Shown here piece by piece: positions 25,191 to 28,867 of a DNA stretch of 28,867 nt (its first letter is position 1; each line of letters begins with the position of its first letter). The notes under the pieces were generated by a model. It was given only the letters and a program-made list of their open reading frames with translations. It had not been told where the DNA came from and did not search any database. The position numbers and the translations under genes were made by a program. This stretch comes from a virus (taxonomy: Duplodnaviria; Caudoviricetes), in IMG/VR virus record IMGVR_UViG_3300017784_005241, positions 1 through 28,867 of that record; one strand, 5' to 3'.

Positions 25191-26114
25191 ATGAGTTTAG
25201 ATCTTAGAGGTATTTGGTGTGAAAAGTATCGTCCTCAAACTCTACAGGGAGTTATTCTCCCTGATAGAGTTAGGGAGATCATTCAGGGTTTTGGTGAAGA
25301 GATTCCTAATCTATTGTTTGTAGGTAGTCCTGGTACAGGAAAAACTACTACTGCATTGGTAATTGTTAAGGAGGTACTAGATTGCGACTATCTATACATT
25401 AACGCCTCTGACGAGAATGGTATTGATACTATTCGTACAAAGGTATCGAATTTCGCTCAGACGAAATCGTTCGATGGTGGTATCAAAGTAGTTGTTCTTG
25501 ATGAGTCTGACTTTCTTAGCTCGAATGCACAAGCTGCATTGCGTAATACTATGGAGTCGTACTCTAAGTATACTCGCTTTATTCTTACAGCGAACTATAA
25601 GCATAAGATTATTCCAGCTATTCAGTCACGATGCCAGCTATTAGATATTAAACCTACTCTCGATGATGGTGTTAGATTTGTGTACTCTATTCTCAAGAAA
25701 GAAGGTATTACTATAGCTGAGGATCAAAAGAAGAAGTTTGTCGAGCTAGTTAAGAGTAATTTCCCTGACTTGAGAAAGTGTATTAACGAGGTTCAGAAGA
25801 ACTGTATCAGTGGTGAACTAGCTATTGAGAAGATTAATACTAGTAATGAGTTGCTTACTCGTATTTTTGATAGTATTACTAATAAACAGGTAATCGAGCT
25901 ACGTAAGTATCTTATCGAAAATGAAGAGCAGTTCTATGGCGACTATGATACTCTTATGAAGGACTTCCTTAACTACATCTATGATAGAGTTATACCAGAA
26001 GGCAAAAAGAAAGAGATGATCGCAATTATTGCAGAACATCTCTATCGCGCTAGCTTCGTGAGTGATCACGAAATTAACTGTTTTGCGTGCTGGATAGCAC
26101 TTGAAGGGTGTTAG
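25191..26114 (+). CDS. gp44: Sliding clamp loader ATPase subunit (T4 gp44/RFC-small-like)
   Basis: WCEKYRP, GSPGTGKTT, INASDENGIDTIR, LDESD, AQAALR, SRC, FPDLRK. Confidence 0.93.
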   Translation: MSLDLRGIWCEKYRPQTLQGVILPDRVREIIQGFGEEIPNLLFVGSPGTGKTTTALVIVKEVLDCDYLYINASDENGIDTIRTKVSNFAQTKSFDGGIKVVVLDESDFLSSNAQAALRNTMESYSKYTRFILTANYKHKIIPAIQSRCQLLDIKPTLDDGVRFVYSILKKEGITIAEDQKKKFVELVKSNFPDLRKCINEVQKNCISGELAIEKINTSNELLTRIFDSITNKQVIELRKYLIENEEQFYGDYDTLMKDFLNYIYDRVIPEGKKKEMIAIIAEHLYRASFVSDHEINCFACWIALEGC

Positions 26115-26737
26115 GCTTGATTATAAGCGTTAGCTGCAGCTGTTCCTGCACCACCAAAAATTCCTGTTTTACCTGCTGCACGAGAAGCGCGTTGCTTAGA
26201 CTCTAATCCACGTTTAACTAAGGATTGAATTTGACCGACTGTCATGTCTGCAATATCACCAATCTCCTGACTGATTCTTGGATTAGCTTGCTTCAAAGCT
26301 TCAAGTTGTTGTACCATCATATCGACAGATTTTGCAACTTCTTGCTTTCTTTTTTCAGCAGCTGCTTCTGCTTCACCAGTTTGGTAAAGGTTCTTAACGT
26401 TTTTACCTACTTGTTGTGCACCAGCAGTAGCGGCACGAGCTGCTCCTTGTGCAGCACCTTTTACAGCGGTAGCAGCACCTTGAACGGCGTTTTTAGCAGA
26501 TGAAGCAGCATCTTGTGCAGCTCCTTTAACAGCTGTAGCAGCGCCTTGTACACCTTTTTGACCTGCTTTAAACAAGCTTTTTACTCCACCGAAAAGCTCT
26601 TCGATAACATCGAGCTCATACGGGGATGCGTTTTCAATAACGATTTCTAGTTGTCTAACAGTTAAGTTGGACAACTGCGACTTAAGCAATACAGAACTAT
26701 ATGCACTTTCAAGAAGTAGATTATCAGATTTTCTCAT
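26111..26737 (-). CDS. Ala/Gly/Lys-rich helical late protein, possible internal head protein
   Basis: TATAAATA (26750-26743) 5 nt upstream; duplicated VQGAATAVKGAAQ. Confidence 0.75.
   Translation of the reverse strand: MRKSDNLLLESAYSSVLLKSQLSNLTVRQLEIVIENASPYELDVIEELFGGVKSLFKAGQKGVQGAATAVKGAAQDAASSAKNAVQGAATAVKGAAQGAARAATAGAQQVGKNVKNLYQTGEAEAAAEKRKQEVAKSVDMMVQQLEALKQANPRISQEIGDIADMTVGQIQSLVKRGLESKQRASRAAGKTGIFGGAGTAAANAYNQA
26447..26551 (-). repeat. 2 x 39-bp coding repeat VQGAATAVKGAAQ, period 66 nt
   Basis: Copies at 26513-26551 and 26447-26485. Confidence 0.85.
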
Positions 26738-26757
26738 GTTATTATTTATATGTATCG

Positions 26758-27324
26758 TTACAGATTATTAGTTAAAACTTCGCTGTATGCTTCAGTCAGA
26801 TTTTTTGCGTAATTTTTCTCTACAGGTCCTTTTGAATGTTTTAGTACAGTATTTTTCTTAGCAAGTTTACGCTCTGATTTATTTGAAGGATTCTCTTCAT
26901 CTTCAACAAACTCTTCTGGCTTGATATTAACTCTGTCTTTACGCTTCATAGCGTTAGGAATAGGAGGAAGATTTTGACCATAAGTAACAGGTTCGCCAAG
27001 GCAGCATGGAATAGTTACATAATGCATATATCTACCACCACCAGTATCAACTGCAAGATCGAGATTTACTGTTAGCGATGCACCTGCATCACTGGCAGGA
27101 TATCTTTGAGGAGCAGTATCTTTAATGTTAACTACTCTAATATGTAGACCAGTCTCAATCATCTGATCAATATGATCTTTAATGTTTTGACCTAGGCTTT
27201 TATAACTCTCATCATTCTTAAAATTTTTATTAAAAACAAACACATCACCAACTTGGAATCCACCACGTTGATATCTTCTCATATAAGACTCATATAAGGT
27301 AACGAACTTCTTACGACTTGTCAT
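26758..27324 (-). CDS. Hypothetical late protein (188 aa)
   Basis: Start moved to ATG 27324 (MTSRKKFVTLYE), 5 nt after TAAATA 27335-27330. Confidence 0.75.
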   Translation of the reverse strand: MTSRKKFVTLYESYMRRYQRGGFQVGDVFVFNKNFKNDESYKSLGQNIKDHIDQMIETGLHIRVVNIKDTAPQRYPASDAGASLTVNLDLAVDTGGGRYMHYVTIPCCLGEPVTYGQNLPPIPNAMKRKDRVNIKPEEFVEDEENPSNKSERKLAKKNTVLKHSKGPVEKNYAKNLTEAYSEVLTNNL

Positions 27325-27356
27325 GAGAATATTTATGCTGGACGATAAATAAATAT

Positions 27357-27638
27357 ATGGAATTCGACAAACTAGTAGACGAGCTGCTAACAGAAGCATC
27401 AAAAGGATCAAGATGTACTAGAGCTACCAAAAAAGCTTCATCACCCCTTAAAAGTAAAAAGTATACTAAGTGTGTGAAGAACCCAGATGGTAAAGGTTAC
27501 AAGCGAATCCACTGGGGTGACCCGAATATGAGAGTCAAAAAGTCTAATCCGAAGAGACGTAAGTCATTTAGAGCAAGACACAAGTGTTCAAGTGCTAAGC
27601 CTGGAACCCCACGCGCTGCTGCTTGTTCTGACTGGTAA
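27357..27638 (+). CDS. Small highly basic Cys-containing late protein
   Basis: WGDPNMRVKKSNPKRRKSFRARHKC; TAAATA 27346-27351 5 nt upstream. Confidence 0.75.
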   Translation: MEFDKLVDELLTEASKGSRCTRATKKASSPLKSKKYTKCVKNPDGKGYKRIHWGDPNMRVKKSNPKRRKSFRARHKCSSAKPGTPRAAACSDW

Positions 27639-27653
27639 TAAGTAGTGTTAATC

Positions 27654-27661
27654 TATAAATA
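27654..27661 (+). promoter_or_regulatory. T4-type late promoter TATAAATA
   Basis: 5 nt before GTG 27667. Confidence 0.75.
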
Positions 27662-27666
27662 TTGGA

Positions 27667-28149
27667 GTGATAAGTTTAAAACTTACAAATATTGCTCCTA
27701 CTAAGCAGAAAGAGGCCTCGCTGGACCAAGGCTTTCTGTATAAAGATCTATTACTCGACTTAGAAAGTGGTTATACATACAATAATCAACTCAATACAAG
27801 AGCCAAATTAAATGATGTATTAGCTTTATTTGATCTCGACGCTGTAAAGAACAGTATTAGGACCTGTTTTCTTACATCACCTGGACAGAAGATTTTGTCC
27901 CCAGAGTATGGTATTGATTTAAGGCAGTACTTATTTGAACCTATCACATCTGATACTGCTTTCTTCATAAGAGATGATATCTTTAATAACTTACCGCGAT
28001 TTGAACCACGAGTAACAGTAAGCGGTGTTTTAGTTGAACCAGATCCGGATAACAATCAGTACGATATAACACTACAGATTGATATACCATCGCTAAATAT
28101 ATACGGAATATCTCTTAAAAATACTCTCAACAGTACAGGATACTACTAA
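27667..28149 (+). CDS. gp25: Baseplate wedge subunit gp25-like
   Basis: YKDL, DLDAVKNSI...TSPGQKILSPEYGIDLRQYLFEP, FEPRV. Confidence 0.9.
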   Translation: MISLKLTNIAPTKQKEASLDQGFLYKDLLLDLESGYTYNNQLNTRAKLNDVLALFDLDAVKNSIRTCFLTSPGQKILSPEYGIDLRQYLFEPITSDTAFFIRDDIFNNLPRFEPRVTVSGVLVEPDPDNNQYDITLQIDIPSLNIYGISLKNTLNSTGYY

Positions 28150-28151
28150 TT

Positions 28152-28867
28152 ATGTCGAAACCAGAACAAAATATTGATTATAAACTACCTCAGGATGCGT
28201 ATGTATCCTTCGATGCTCTTACTCTAAAGGATTTTATAATTAAACGTCTTAATACCAATGAGAACTTTACAGATCAAATCTATGATGGCAGTAATCTGTC
28301 ATCTATTATTGACATAGTTGCATACTCATACCATGTATTGATGTTCTATTTGAACACAACAGCATCTGAATCAACATTCTCTCAAGCTACTCTGTATGAG
28401 AACATGAATAAGATTGTAAACCTTGTTGGTTATAAGCCAACAGGCAAGCAAACATCGTTATGCACACTGAACGCTACTGCTAATAGTAACTTATCAGTAG
28501 GAACATACGCTATACGTAAATATTCATACTTTCTTGTTGATGATATACAATATACATTTTTAAAGGATTATAGTTTTTCAAAGACTACAACATCTACTGA
28601 ATCACTTAACGCTCTCAACGATAATGTTGTATTATATCAAGGTACAGTAGAGCAGTACCCTGTTTATACAGCTATGGGCGAAGAGTACGAAACACTTCCT
28701 GTTGTTGTAAACAATATTGTTAATACTGATGACCTTAAGTTTATTTCAAATGGCACACTATCAGTTTACGTTAAAGAGGTTGCGACGAATAGATATTATC
28801 AGTACGATGAAATAAACAGTTTGTATTTAGCGGATTCTAGTGATAGAGTGTTCGATGCAAGACTTAA
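28152..28867 (+). CDS. gp6: Baseplate wedge subunit gp6-like (runs off window)
   Basis: Not in ORF track. MSKPEQ...FTDQIYDGSNLSSIIDIVAYSYH...ESTFSQATLYENMNKIVNLVGYKP resembles the gp6 N-terminus. Confidence 0.88.
   Translation, partial: MSKPEQNIDYKLPQDAYVSFDALTLKDFIIKRLNTNENFTDQIYDGSNLSSIIDIVAYSYHVLMFYLNTTASESTFSQATLYENMNKIVNLVGYKPTGKQTSLCTLNATANSNLSVGTYAIRKYSYFLVDDIQYTFLKDYSFSKTTTSTESLNALNDNVVLYQGTVEQYPVYTAMGEEYETLPVVVNNIVNTDDLKFISNGTLSVYVKEVATNRYYQYDEINSLYLADSSDRVFDARL

Noticed and set aside
1031-28055. Remaining short alternative-frame or antisense ORFs in the track (e.g. 1031, 2753, 7092, 9415, 11763, 15232, 16011, 18904, 22944, 24911, 26225, 27786)
   Set aside because: They overlap well-supported genes and lack motifs and promoter signals.

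Overview
AT-rich segment of a large T4-like myovirus genome, fully packed with genes; no tRNA, rRNA or CRISPR array seen. The left arm (1-5198, minus strand, sigma70-like promoters) carries a CGPC thioredoxin-like gene, a metallophosphoesterase, a DksA/TraR-type Zn finger, a three-gene NDP-L-rhamnose pathway (RmlB, a shortened RmlA, and a plant/giant-virus-type bifunctional epimerase-reductase, with no RmlC) and a PD-(D/E)xK nuclease. Next come a fibre-like protein with 20 x 17-aa repeats and a sulfotransferase. The morphogenesis block follows: neck gp14, terminase large subunit gp17 interrupted in its Walker A motif by an Ala-starting class 3 intein with a LAGLIDADG endonuclease, gp3, sheath gp18, tube gp19, baseplate and tape-measure genes, gp25 and partial gp6. 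Interleaved are dUTPase, clamp-loader gp44, a probable displaced gp16 and several small proteins with capsid-targeting-like N-termini. Most late genes have TAAATA 5-7 nt before the start codon and no Shine-Dalgarno, implying near-leaderless mRNAs. Best candidates for new biology: a possibly redox-gated class 3 intein in the terminase; a rhamnose pathway plus sulfotransferase plus shuffled repeat fibre (possible sulfated-glycan virion decoration); and leaderless, back-to-back early/late promoter architecture. All family calls are by motif recognition; no searches were run.
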